A DNA stretch of 64,000 nt, taken from contig CAXVYR010000004.1 in NCBI GenBank assembly GCA_963666975.2, positions 480,001 through 544,000 on the forward strand, given 5' to 3'. The position numbers and the translations under genes are program-made. Shown one piece after another: positions 19,968-32,918 of the stretch. A model generated the notes under the pieces. That model was not told where the DNA came from, did no database searches, and saw nothing but the letters and a program-made list of their open reading frames with translations. Origin of the DNA: Terriglobia bacterium (GTDB lineage: Bacteria > Acidobacteriota > Terriglobia > 2-12-FULL-54-10). Numbering within the stretch: position 1 is the first letter of the stretch; each line of letters begins with the position of its first letter.

Positions 19968-20627
19968 CTACAAACCCACCGTGATCCCCCCGATCACAGC
20001 CACACGATGCCACGCGCCGCCGGGCTGGAACAGTTGGTTCGAGATAAATGTCTGATAGTCCCGCACCTCCAGCCGCAGATGAACCAGTTGGTGCAGATGT
20101 CTTTCGACGCCCGCGCCATAAGTCAGCACAAAGGAGGTCGCGTTATCCGGAGCGCCGCCCGGAAAGGGGACCTCTATCTCGCTTTTCACGTCCAGCCCGA
20201 ACCGCGTGATTCCAACCCCGGCCAGGCCGTAGAAGCGAAAGCGATAGGCGGAGGGAGTGCGCACCCGCGTATCAAACGTAACTGTGTGAGCGCTCAGCTC
20301 CGCCTTCGCACTCGATCCAAAGACATCCCCTCGCGCGAGGAGCATCTCCGCGCTCGAAAAGCTGTAGTGCAGCCCGGAGCTTACGTAGGGATACACGCGG
20401 GTGCCGGCGTCCAGGGTGAAGATTCTGCCATTGGCAAACTCGGAGCGCGCCGATCCGAGAACGGGGCCCGCAGCCGTCCCCTCGCCCAGGTCCTGGGAGA
20501 AAAGCCCGCCTCCGCCAATCCCAAGGAACTGCCCGTGGGCTAGTTGCGCCACGCAAAAGAACAACAAAATTCTGCAGAGAACTTTCGCAGCCTTCACCAT
20601 TGCTTGCCTCCCGGCGGAAGTCATCAA
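19968..20627 (-). CDS. outer membrane beta-barrel protein (OmpA/OmpW-like)
   Basis: signal peptide, alternating amphipathic strands (FYGLAGVG, LTYGAGVE, LRLEVRDY). Confidence 0.75.
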   Translation of the reverse strand: MMTSAGRQAMVKAAKVLCRILLFFCVAQLAHGQFLGIGGGGLFSQDLGEGTAAGPVLGSARSEFANGRIFTLDAGTRVYPYVSSGLHYSFSSAEMLLARGDVFGSSAKAELSAHTVTFDTRVRTPSAYRFRFYGLAGVGITRFGLDVKSEIEVPFPGGAPDNATSFVLTYGAGVERHLHQLVHLRLEVRDYQTFISNQLFQPGGAWHRVAVIGGITVGL

Positions 20628-20853
20628 CTCCCGGCAACATCCAGATGGCCATTATGCCATTGATGCATCGGTTCCTCTGCACCGCCGTTGCGGGAAGCGT
20701 TCGGAAAGTTGCGACGGCTGCCGTATCGCAAAAGCCGCCCAATCCGATGCCACAACGAAAACCAGAACCAGCACCGGCATTCTTGCCGTGGAAATGGCAG
20801 AGCCCGCCTGTGTGCATGAATTTGTTTTGGTGTAAGATGTTAGCAGCTCGGAG

Positions 20854-20929
20854 GCCATCCTAGCTCAATTGGTAGAGCACCGCATTCGTAATGCGGGGGT
20901 TGGGGGTTCGATTCCCCCGGATGGCTCCA
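20854..20929 (+). tRNA. tRNA-Thr(CGT)
   Basis: GCCATCC/GGATGGC acceptor stem, D loop AGCTCAATTGGTAGAGC, CCGCA-TT-CGT-AA-TGCGG anticodon arm, GGTTCGATTCC, encoded CCA. Confidence 0.97.
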
Positions 20930-21105
20930 GTTTTTTTCCTGCAAAACTTTCCTTTCCTGGCGCAAGACGAAGAGCAGTCATGGCGGCTTTGTTTTGTGAA
21001 AATCAGGTTGCGGCCGAGACATCCATTCGGGTGGGTGGTGGAACGTTTGCCCCTTCCCTCTGCAATTCGCCCGCTGGTATTCCGGGATGGGATGCGCGGG
21101 AAACG

Positions 21106-24795
<3,690 letters not shown>

Positions 24796-25340
24796 GGATT
24801 GCGGTGTTGTGGATTTAGCCCGGCCCCCCATTTTTGAAAAACCGGGCTAGTTTTTATTGTACACCCCCGCAGCCTCGCTTGGGAACATGCCGGCTTGGCC
24901 CGATGGTTCTCTACGATTGCTCCTGGAGATTCTTTTCGACCGTATGGTTTCAGCTCTCTACTCTAATTTTCCCCTTCCTGTGCATAAGCTGGGCTGGAAC
25001 TCCAGTGGCTTTGTTTCGCAAAAATCAATTTTAACTTGAGACGTCGACTCTAATAGGTGGAGGAACCACCTCCCCTTTGCTCTGTCTCTGCAACCACATC
25101 TAGCTAAATCATCGCTTGAAAAGGCCGTCGTTCATTCGTCGTCTCGTAGCGAAAGATTATTTCCAGCACTTTTTTATGAAAAAGAGGCAAAAAGCTGTCA
25201 GTCGCAAGTAACTTATATTAGGGAGAACTATCGAATCCTTTTTTAACGCAGGGAGGTAGTAAAAAAGCGCTGGGCAACGTTTCAAAAACATAGGCAAACA
25301 CCGAATTTTTCTAAACACAAGGAACTGAGGAGTAACTGCG

Positions 25341-25949
25341 ATGTCATTTGAAAATATGCGGATCTGCAATTTCGTGAGAAGGGACGGGAGGAAATGCAAA
25401 GCGCCGGCAATGAGGGTATCTGAAAAATGCAAGCATCATGGGGGGGCTCTGGCGAGAGCGTCGAGAACACACGGGCTATATGCGAAATATCAGTCTACTA
25501 GAATTCAGGATCTGGTCGAGGAACAACTGGCAAATCCCAAGTTGCTAGACCTACGACAGCAGATTGCCCTGATATCGGCGCTTCAGGCAGACAGCCTGGA
25601 CCGGATCAGGAAACACCAGGAGAAGGAAAAGAAGACCCACTTCACAAGAAAAGAGAAACAAGAGATGGCAGTCCTGTCCGAAAAAATGAGTTCAACGATA
25701 GAGCGTTTCGCCAAAGTGGGTGTGGTGTTGAAGTACCTTGTGCATCTGGACACGGTGCAAGAACTGTTTGAAGAGTGGGCAACTCTGACCAGACGCTACA
25801 TACCTAGCGCATCGGATAGGAAGAAGTTTACAGAGGAGCTTTCTCTTGTAACGGACACGTTGATAGAGGAAGGCGCAAAAAAAGAAGGGGGCCGGGTGGG
25901 AAGGCCTTTGAAGGAGGTCGCGGCATACAGGGAGGAGGAGGCAGGGTAG
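25341..25949 (+). CDS. phage terminase small subunit-like protein (HGG motif)
   Basis: C..R.DG..CKAPA....CKHHGG..THGLYAKY, similar to HGGxSTG / TerS N-termini; GAGGAG RBS; lower GC. Confidence 0.55.
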   Translation: MSFENMRICNFVRRDGRKCKAPAMRVSEKCKHHGGALARASRTHGLYAKYQSTRIQDLVEEQLANPKLLDLRQQIALISALQADSLDRIRKHQEKEKKTHFTRKEKQEMAVLSEKMSSTIERFAKVGVVLKYLVHLDTVQELFEEWATLTRRYIPSASDRKKFTEELSLVTDTLIEEGAKKEGGRVGRPLKEVAAYREEEAG

Positions 25950-26095
25950 TGAGGGGTCCTAGATTTTTGTACCAGTTTCAGGGTGAGTTTTGGAATGTTT
26001 CCAGGCCTTTCAGATTGCAGCTAGCTGCAATCTGAAAGGCGAATTCGTTCGGCGTCCTCTCCCCCAGGGCTCTGTGAGGACGACTCTTATTGGTC
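25950..26095 (-). mobile_element. IS3-family right-end remnant
   Basis: peptide NKSRPHRALGERTPNEFA (IS3 transposase C-terminus), then CTGGTACAAAAATCTAGGACCCCTCA ending in CA. Confidence 0.6.
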
Positions 26096-26283
26096 CGGAA
26101 TTCCTTGCGGACTCTTTCAACAAACGCGTGGTCGATCATGGAGGCCAGTGAATCCTCTGCATCATAGACCGTCAGAGTGACACGCTGGTGCTCATCGAGT
26201 GGTAGCGGCTCAAGAGGCCGCAGGACCCCGTTTTCGTACACGGCTTCCACTTGCTTGGTCGTGACAGCCTCATCACCCCTCAC
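25978..26283 (-). CDS. DUF104/AF2212-like antitoxin fused to an IS3 remnant
   Basis: VEAVYENGVLRPLEPLPLDEHQRVTLTV signature. Confidence 0.75.
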   Translation of the reverse strand: MRGDEAVTTKQVEAVYENGVLRPLEPLPLDEHQRVTLTVYDAEDSLASMIDHAFVERVRKEFRTNKSRPHRALGERTPNEFAFQIAASCNLKGLETFQNSP

Positions 26284-26533
26284 CCGTTACAATCCAATCC
26301 AAACTCTTTCTAAACCGCTTCCGCAATCGAACCAAAACTTCTAAGGGTGGCTCGCTCTCTCCCCGTTCGTACTTTGACAGCTGGCTCTGACTAACACCGA
26401 GCATCCGAGCAAAATCCGCTTGCTGCATATCAAACCCGCGTAGCTCCCTAATTCTGCGCCCGAGGGCGACGAGGTCGGGCACATCATTTTCACCTGACGC
26501 AAGGGGCATTTTTTTCTTGACTCTTGTAGTCAT
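26273..26533 (-). CDS. XRE/Cro-C1 HTH transcriptional regulator
   Basis: LGRRIRELRG..QADFARMLGVSQSQLSKYERGESEP...SLDWIVTG; start may be 26509. Confidence 0.9.
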   Translation of the reverse strand: MTTRVKKKMPLASGENDVPDLVALGRRIRELRGFDMQQADFARMLGVSQSQLSKYERGESEPPLEVLVRLRKRFRKSLDWIVTGEG

Positions 26534-26562
26534 TATATGAATATAATAGTCATTATATGAAT
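26517..26562 (+). promoter_or_regulatory. promoter/operator of cassette copy 1
   Basis: TTGACT-19-TATAAT overlapped by two direct repeats TAGTCATTATATGAAT (26527, 26547), each containing TCAT-N3-ATGA. Confidence 0.6.
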
Positions 26563-26627
26563 TCGGCAGTTATTGTCTGCTATTTATATAAATATAGGAA
26601 AGCGGCAGCATCTGCAACAAAAATGAG

Positions 26628-27401
26628 GTGTTTATGAAAATTCCATCTATTACGCTTGATCGAGAAAACCTGCGGCTCGCTAAGACGAAATGGCCTGGGA
26701 TGTTACGAGGAGAGGAACGCGGAGGGCTCAGACTTCTGTCTGAACGATATCGATTATCCGTCGCTCTGGGCGATCTGGTGCTCCTTGATGGACGCTGGTA
26801 CGTCACCCACGCAGGCCTGCTGCGTTTGGCAAACCGCAATCGTTGCTCCGGCATCCGAGTTCAACCGGTACGCGAGTTCTGCGACGCGTCCACGAGCCGT
26901 TGGGTGTTCAAAGCGACTGTCTATAAATCCTCAAAATCCCGCGGTTTCGTTGGCTACGGCGACGCCGATCCCTCCAATGTTGCCTCCTTGGTCCGCGGGG
27001 CCGAGATGCGCATGGCCGAAACCAGAGCCGTCACCCGGGCGCTTCGTAAAGCGTATGGCATCGGGCTGTGTTCGGTGGAGGAGATCGGGTCTTTTCCTCC
27101 TTCAGCCAAACAGGTCAGCGGACCTGAAAATGCCTCTGCGCTAATTCAGAAGAACATCCCGAGCAACGGCCAGCCGCGACTCCGCGATCGGCTCTGCCAG
27201 TTGATCCGTCAATACAGTTTGGATCCCACCCTGGTCAAACACTACGCGGCGGATTTCTGCGAAACCGAGAATCTGCGCGACGCCACCCGGGACCGCGTTG
27301 AATCCTTTATTAAGAATTTGGCTGAGCAGGCAGCGAAGGATCGACCGGGTCTCCTCTGTCAGCTTAACAGCTACGCGCAACCTCAAGAGGTGAAATCATG
27401 A
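26628..27401 (+). CDS. putative single-strand annealing protein (Rad52/RecT-like fold)
   Basis: WYVTHAGLLRLA ... FVGYGDA.PSN ... MAETRAVTRALRKAYGIG..SVEE, resembling the annealase core; helical C-terminal domain. Confidence 0.6.
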   Translation: MFMKIPSITLDRENLRLAKTKWPGMLRGEERGGLRLLSERYRLSVALGDLVLLDGRWYVTHAGLLRLANRNRCSGIRVQPVREFCDASTSRWVFKATVYKSSKSRGFVGYGDADPSNVASLVRGAEMRMAETRAVTRALRKAYGIGLCSVEEIGSFPPSAKQVSGPENASALIQKNIPSNGQPRLRDRLCQLIRQYSLDPTLVKHYAADFCETENLRDATRDRVESFIKNLAEQAAKDRPGLLCQLNSYAQPQEVKS

Positions 27402-27820
27402 GACGTGAAATCCCAGGCCTCCACCAGAAAGCACAGTACAAGGACGAGATCCCGGATGGCCTCTTTCTGGTCCGGGTCGAGCGGGCCTTCTACCGCTACC
27501 ATCCGCAGAAGCCCTTTTTCGCAGTTCGCTTTGCTGTCATCCAGCCCGAGGAGTTTACTGGAGAGGCGTTGCCTGGCCGACTCTACTGTACCGCCAAAGC
27601 CTTGTGGAAGCTCAGATGGTTCCTGTGTGACTTTGGCTATGACGCAGAACTGTTTGGCCGGGACGTGATCGAAGAAAAACTTCTCCTCGGCCTTCACGGG
27701 ATCATCAAGGTCTCCCATACGACAATCAACGGCCGTTCCTTTCTCAATCTGGATGGCTTTGCCTCTGCGGATAAGTGGGAGGAGCTTTCAGCCTCTCCTG
27801 TCGGCAGCCGCGACAGCTAG
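27398..27820 (+). CDS. putative phage-type ssDNA-binding protein (DUF669-like)
   Basis: DEIP.G.FLVRV...F.VI.PEEF.G...LWKL..FL...G pattern; ATGA coupling to the annealase gene. Confidence 0.5.
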   Translation: MRREIPGLHQKAQYKDEIPDGLFLVRVERAFYRYHPQKPFFAVRFAVIQPEEFTGEALPGRLYCTAKALWKLRWFLCDFGYDAELFGRDVIEEKLLLGLHGIIKVSHTTINGRSFLNLDGFASADKWEELSASPVGSRDS

Positions 27821-27830
27821 GAGGAGAGCA

Positions 27831-28634
27831 ATGACCTATAGCTACACCCAGATCAACCAATACCTGGGCTGTCCCCGCCGCTATCGTCACCGTTATTTAG
27901 ACGGCTGGAGGGAGAAGGATGCCCGGGCCGCTATGGTTTTCGGACGGGTGTTTGAGAAAGCCCTAGCCGCGTTTTTCCGCCGAGAGGATAGCGCTGCTGT
28001 CCTGTTCAAAGAGTGGGGAGCCTATCGTGAGACTCCTTTGGAATACTCCAACGGCGATTCCTGGGACCGTATGGTCCGCCTGGGAGTGCAGCTGCTCGAA
28101 CGATTGGCTCAAGACAACCGCATCCGCATCCCCCAACCTCGCCACAACATGCAGGTGAAGCTGCTGCGTCCACTCTCGAACGGCAACGACTTTGTGGCCT
28201 ATGTCGATGCCATCGGCTATCTTGACGCCACTCGCTGCCTGATTGAATGGAAAACGACGGGCAGCCGCTACCCGGAACAGCCCGAAGGCTTACTGGCTCT
28301 TGATCCTCAGCTTGTTTGCTACTCCTGGATCAGCGGGATTGCAGAGGTTGCCATGGTCGTATTTGTGCGCAAGCGCATGCCCGAAATCCAATACCTGCGC
28401 ACCTCCATCACTGAAGAACAACGCCAGGAGTTTGCGCAGCTGGTAGAAGAATCCACCTCCCGGATCGAGGCTGGACGCTTCCTGCCTCACACCGGCATCC
28501 GCTTCCCCCAGAATGGCTGCGTGAGCTGCCCTCACCTGGGTCTCTGCCTGGGGAAGCAAGACCTTGTCGATTCCAAACTGATCCGCCGACCGGGAGCCAG
28601 TGATCTTGAATGGCTTGACCAGCTTGAATACTAA
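27831..28634 (+). CDS. PD-(D/E)XK nuclease, AddB/Cas4-like with Fe-S cysteines
   Basis: YSYTQINQYLGCPRRY, VDAIG...IEWKTT, QLVCY, CVSCPHLGLC; GGAGGAG RBS. Confidence 0.85.
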   Translation: MTYSYTQINQYLGCPRRYRHRYLDGWREKDARAAMVFGRVFEKALAAFFRREDSAAVLFKEWGAYRETPLEYSNGDSWDRMVRLGVQLLERLAQDNRIRIPQPRHNMQVKLLRPLSNGNDFVAYVDAIGYLDATRCLIEWKTTGSRYPEQPEGLLALDPQLVCYSWISGIAEVAMVVFVRKRMPEIQYLRTSITEEQRQEFAQLVEESTSRIEAGRFLPHTGIRFPQNGCVSCPHLGLCLGKQDLVDSKLIRRPGASDLEWLDQLEY

Positions 28635-29373
28635 CGAGCGTCCCATCGTGGCTCTGAAACTCAACCACCGCCGGGCTCTTTTCGTGCTAGCCAAGATCGA
28701 TGAGATCCTATCCTGGGAGCAAAGGGTGGAGCATGAACGAGACATCCGCTTTGTGGACTTAGGCCGCTACTTGTGCGAAGTCCGCTCCGGCCAGTACTGG
28801 CGACTGGACAAGCTCGCTTCCTTCGATGAATTCTTGGAGAAACGCTTCCCCGAGTCCCGGCGTAAGGCCTATTACCTGATGGCAATCCACGAGCATTTGC
28901 CAAGGGAAGTGCGAAGGGAGCTGAAACAAGTGGGATGGGCAAAGGCGGCTGAGCTGGTCAAGGTAGCTCGTTCAGATGGACAGGAGTTCGATTGTGCAAT
29001 CTGGTTGCACAAAGCACACTCCATGCCGACCGAGGCTCTCAAACGGGAGGTCGAACGGCACCTGACGGGAAAAGAGACCGAGCCTTGGGAGATCATCTAC
29101 TTCAAGGTGTACAAGAGCCAGCTGCCGGTGATCGAACAGGCGCTGGAGACTGCAGCTCTAATGCTAGGGACGGATAAATCCCGTGGATACTGCCTGGAGA
29201 TGATCTGCGCGGACTTTCTGGCTGGAGCCAACATTGAGAATGTCAGCTCCGATTCCCTGCTCTTATCCCTCTGCAAGCTCTTCGAACTTCTCCCTAACTC
29301 GCAGAAAGGGAAGTTTTTGGAGCAGGTTGATGAAATCCATGACCCAGTTTCATCCCAAACGACCGCGGATTAG
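28600..29373 (+). CDS. hypothetical helical protein, DUF222/DUF3102-like
   Basis: WR...SFDEFLEKRF..SRRKAYYLM..GWAKAAEL..WL..A...L.REV pattern; start TTG 28624 or GTG 28648. Confidence 0.65.
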   Translation: MILNGLTSLNTNERPIVALKLNHRRALFVLAKIDEILSWEQRVEHERDIRFVDLGRYLCEVRSGQYWRLDKLASFDEFLEKRFPESRRKAYYLMAIHEHLPREVRRELKQVGWAKAAELVKVARSDGQEFDCAIWLHKAHSMPTEALKREVERHLTGKETEPWEIIYFKVYKSQLPVIEQALETAALMLGTDKSRGYCLEMICADFLAGANIENVSSDSLLLSLCKLFELLPNSQKGKFLEQVDEIHDPVSSQTTAD

Positions 29374-29563
29374 GCTTGCTCAGGAATCCTACCGAAGCTT
29401 GCGCCAACAAGTCCTAGAGCGGGATGGTTGGCGTTGCCAGCGCTGCAGTCGGTTCAGCGGACTTCAAGTGCATCACATCCAACCACGAAGTCACCTAGGA
29501 AATGATGCAGAACAAAATCTGATCACACTCTGTATCGAGTGCCACAAAGATGCCCATGAGTGA
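29330..29563 (+). CDS. small HNH endonuclease
   Basis: VLERDGWRCQRC..LQVHHIQPRS.LG.D.EQNLITLCIECH..AH; start 29330 or 29339. Confidence 0.88.
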   Translation: MKSMTQFHPKRPRIRLAQESYRSLRQQVLERDGWRCQRCSRFSGLQVHHIQPRSHLGNDAEQNLITLCIECHKDAHE

Positions 29564-29770
29564 CAGAACGTTGCGTTGTGGAAGATGAGCAGTGAGTTGG
29601 CTAGCGACCGACGGCAGGTGCGGTAACCTGGGAGTTGTGAGTCAAAAAGTTTGAACGAATCACAGTCGCCCCCCCCAACAGATGGGCCGTCGGTCAAGAG
29701 GCTGCGGTAGAGACATCCACTCGCTCAACGCACTGGAAGAGCCCCCTCAGGTTAGACATTTACCAGGCTG

Positions 29771-30978
29771 TCAGTTTTCCAACTCTCCAAACATATCAAC
29801 GATTCGCTGCCCAATTGCGATGGAAGCAGTTGCGGCGGGAGAGGGAACATTACAAACGTGGATCACTCCTTCCGTACGAACGAAGTGGAAATCATCGAGT
29901 AAAGCCCCCGTTCGATCCACGGCTTGGGCACGGACACCGGCACCGCCAGGGCGGATATCCTCTGCCCGAAGATCAGGTACGAGCCTCTGGAGCGCACGGA
30001 CAAACGCCTTCTTGCTGAAGGAACGATGGAACTCGTCCAGACCACTCCGCCAGTATTTTCTTGCCAATTGCCAAAAGCCTGGGTAAGTGAGCGTTGCCAT
30101 CATGTCAGAAAAATTAACGTCTGTCTTACGATAGCCTTCTCGCTTGAAAGCCAGCACGGCATTGGGTCCTGCTTCGACACCACCATGAATCATTCGGGTG
30201 AAGTGCACTCCAAGAAAAGGAAATTTTGGATCTGGAACGGGATAGATCAGGCCCTGTATTAAGGACTGGCGTTCGGGGATTATCTCATAATACTCGCCTC
30301 GGAACGGCACAATGGCCATGTTGGTTTGGGTCCCGTCTAACTTACAGATGCGGTCGCTGTGCAAACCGGCACAATTCATTACATAACGTGTCGGAAATGG
30401 ACCGTTCGTGGTCTCGACAACGATTTCCCTGCCGCGGCGCAGGATGGCTGTGACCTTGCTTCCGGTGATGATTTCTCCTCCATTGGCTACCACAATCTCC
30501 GCAAATTTCTCGGCGACTGCAACGTAGTCAGTAATCCCTGTGCCCGGCACGTGCAACGCTTGAATTCCGGAGGCGTGAGGTTCAATCTCCCGAAGTTGTT
30601 CCGGGCCAATCATCAATAGATTGGGCACTCCGTTGGCAGTCCCGCGGAGGTGAAGTTCCCTCAGCGCTGGCAATTCTTGCTCATTCGTGGCGACCACCAC
30701 CTTGCCGCAGAGATTGTACGGAATGTTATGTTCCTGGCAGAACAACCCCATCGCTGCAGCGCCTTCTACACAAGTTTTGGCCTTGATGGATCCCGGCCGA
30801 TAATAAAGACCGGAATGGATCACCCCGCTGTTATGGCCGGTTTGATGGGCGCCAACCCGATCCTCCTTCTCCACTACGAACAACCTCAAATTGGGGAACC
30901 GGCGGACGAATTCCCTCGCTGCGGCAAGGCCAACGATCCCTCCACCTATAATTACTAAATCGGATCGCTTTCGAATGG
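29771..30978 (-). CDS. lhgO: L-2-hydroxyglutarate oxidase
   Basis: IGGGIVG, HQTGHNSGVIHSGLYY, YPVPDPKFPFLGVH, GVRAQA, PSPAATAS; start codon ambiguous. Confidence 0.9.
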
Positions 30979-31213
30979 TGCAAAACTCCTTTGCTCTCGG
31001 GAAGCTGATTGTATAACAAAGTCGACCGTGCACAATCCTCGCACGTCTCTCTTCAGTTTTTGCCAAGATCGACCAGATCTTAGTCTGGAAGCAAGACGTG
31101 GAGTATGAACGAGACACCGGTAAGCCGCAGCAATGAAACTCCTCCCGTTTTATCATGGAAAAGTTGAAGTCAGCCAAGATCCATCGCCACGTTCAGCAGG
31201 CCGGGAGACAGAT

Positions 31214-31440
31214 GTGAAAAAGTTTGCACGAACCACAGTCAATCCTCAGCAGATGCGTGAGTCTTCCGTGTATCCGGGCCTTGCGCATCCCGGTCGCAAC
31301 CGTGGTTGGAATGGTGAGCGAGGGGATGATTGAATCCGAAATTTTGAAGGCCTATCCAGACCTGGAGCGGGAAGACATTCGCGAAGCTCTCCGTTACGCC
31401 GCCGAGGCGGTGCAGGAACGAGAACTGCCGGTTTCGGGCG
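31214..31440 (+). pseudogene. DUF433 antitoxin-like gene, frameshifted
   Basis: VKKFARTTVNPQQM, then shifted PCIRALRIPVATVVGM...YPDLEREDIREALRYAA; no DUF5615 partner follows. Confidence 0.7.
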
Positions 31441-31496
31441 CTACAGCTGTACCCCCAATTAATCGAACCGGCTCTGAAGACGCAGGGCTAACTGAT

Positions 31497-31808
31497 TCAT
31501 GCCGCACGGCGACCTTTCGCTGCCTCAATGGGCGCGAGGCTGAGCCGTAATTTGAAGGGCCGGAGCAAACGGTTTAGGGTTCGCTGAGTCGGATTGTATC
31601 GGCGGTTGATGGCGCGTAATACGTTCGGGCTCGCCATACCCACCTTTGCCGCGAATTCTTTCACGCCAATCGCACGGATAACTTTCGCTAGCGCGGCCTG
31701 AATCGGAATCCCTTCTTCGATTGCGGACAAAAGGAATTCCCGGGCGAACTCCTGGTTCTGAAGATCTTGTGCGAGTCCCACGTTCCAGTCTTTACTACGT
31801 CTTGCCAT
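31497..31808 (-). CDS. addiction module antidote / HTH antitoxin
   Basis: EFAREFLLSAIEEG..ALAKVIRA.G....A.K.GM...RYNPT..TL; overlaps the toxin gene. Confidence 0.8.
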   Translation of the reverse strand: MARRSKDWNVGLAQDLQNQEFAREFLLSAIEEGIPIQAALAKVIRAIGVKEFAAKVGMASPNVLRAINRRYNPTQRTLNRLLRPFKLRLSLAPIEAAKGRRAA

Positions 31809-32130
31809 GCGGCTTTTTCTCCAAATAGTCGCGCCAGAAGCCCTTGGCGCGGTAAATGTCCTGCGACTGGGATGACTTCACGCCACCTCCCAGAAGGACG
31901 ATAGTTGAGTGGGCGTCTTTGCCAAAATAGATTCGATATCCAGCACCAAACATCATGCGCGCTTCCCAGACGCCTCCCCCGACGCTCTTGTGATCACCGA
32001 GATTACCCATCTCGAACCGGAGCACGCGGGCTTGAATCCTGCCTTTTACGGGAAGATCGAGAGTTTCGAGCCAACCGCGAAAGGGGTTTAGTCCTTCAGC
32101 CGTAACGTACTCACGGATAGACAGCGCCAT
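31795..32130 (-). CDS. RelE/HigB-like addiction module killer protein
   Basis: PFRGWLETL, GNLGDHKSVGGGVWEAR..FGAGYRIYFG, LLGGG.K..Q.DI. Confidence 0.88.
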   Translation of the reverse strand: MALSIREYVTAEGLNPFRGWLETLDLPVKGRIQARVLRFEMGNLGDHKSVGGGVWEARMMFGAGYRIYFGKDAHSTIVLLGGGVKSSQSQDIYRAKGFWRDYLEKKPHGKT

Positions 32131-32140
32131 TTAGAACTTT

Positions 32141-32168
32141 ATAATATCATATATGATAAGAATGTCAA
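32141..32168 (-). promoter_or_regulatory. TA promoter with palindromic operator
   Basis: TTGACA-16-TATTAT; perfect palindrome TATCATATATGATA at 32145-32158. Confidence 0.6.
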
Positions 32169-32421
32169 CCCGTCAGTCGAACTGCATACGTCTGCTTGTG
32201 CTGGCCCGATGCAGCGATGGATTCCCTCAGAATCGTCGAAGGAGTTATTGTCCCCTGGGGCGATTTCCGTCTCGAATGCATTCTGCGGACAATCCGGAAA
32301 TTTCGCATGTGTATGAACCAGCGAAAGCTGTCCCGGACTGTATTGCCTGGGGGGCTAAGATGTGAGTAGACTCTTCAAAAATTTGCTTTCGATAGCACAG
32401 GACTCCTGAATTGTGATATAT

Positions 32422-32438
32422 TTCCTTACTGTAAGGAA
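32422..32438. promoter_or_regulatory. putative AbrB-type operator
   Basis: TTCCTTAC-T-GTAAGGAA perfect inverted repeat upstream of the AbrB gene. Confidence 0.55.
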
Positions 32439-32483
32439 GTAACCTTGAACATAAATTTAAATCTTCCATAGGTCCAACGCCAA

Positions 32484-32918
32484 GTGAGGATACTGATGAG
32501 CATAGCCAAAATCGGCCCGAAGCATCAGATCACAATACCCAAAGACGTCTTTGAGAAGCTGCATCTTGAGGTTGGGGATATTTTAGACACGGAGATTCAA
32601 GGCGGGAAGCTTGTCCTCGTTCCCAAGAAATTGATGGAAAAGGCCCCGGTACCGAAGCTGTCTGCCAAGGAGCAAAAGTTGCTAGCTCGGGCACGCCAAA
32701 AGATCGGGCTCATCCGCCAGGATCTAGCCTCAGCTCGGGGGCTGACCCACAAGGAGGCGGATACCGCTGCCCGGGTTGGTGTGATCGCATGGGACCAACG
32801 GTGGTGGTGGACAGAGGAATGGCAGCGAGGCGAGCGGGAAGCGGAACGGAACCTTCAGGTAGGCCCCACCAAGAGTGTTGAAAGCGTCGGACAGCTGATT
32901 GAGGATTTGCGGAGTTGA
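32484..32918 (+). CDS. AbrB/MazE/SpoVT family antitoxin
   Basis: KIGPKHQITIPKDVFEKLHLEVGD; DQRWWWTEEWQRGEREA C-terminus. Confidence 0.85.
   Translation: MRILMSIAKIGPKHQITIPKDVFEKLHLEVGDILDTEIQGGKLVLVPKKLMEKAPVPKLSAKEQKLLARARQKIGLIRQDLASARGLTHKEADTAARVGVIAWDQRWWWTEEWQRGEREAERNLQVGPTKSVESVGQLIEDLRS

Noticed and set aside
20854-20929. tRNA-Thr as the island attachment site
   Set aside because: metH lies between it and the island, and I found no duplicated tRNA 3' end
24796-25100. SAM or cobalamin riboswitch upstream of metH
   Set aside because: No recognisable conserved core motifs by eye; an Rfam scan would be decisive
27831-28634. Cas4-like nuclease as evidence of CRISPR-Cas
   Set aside because: No cas1/cas2 or other cas genes and no repeat-spacer array seen in the window
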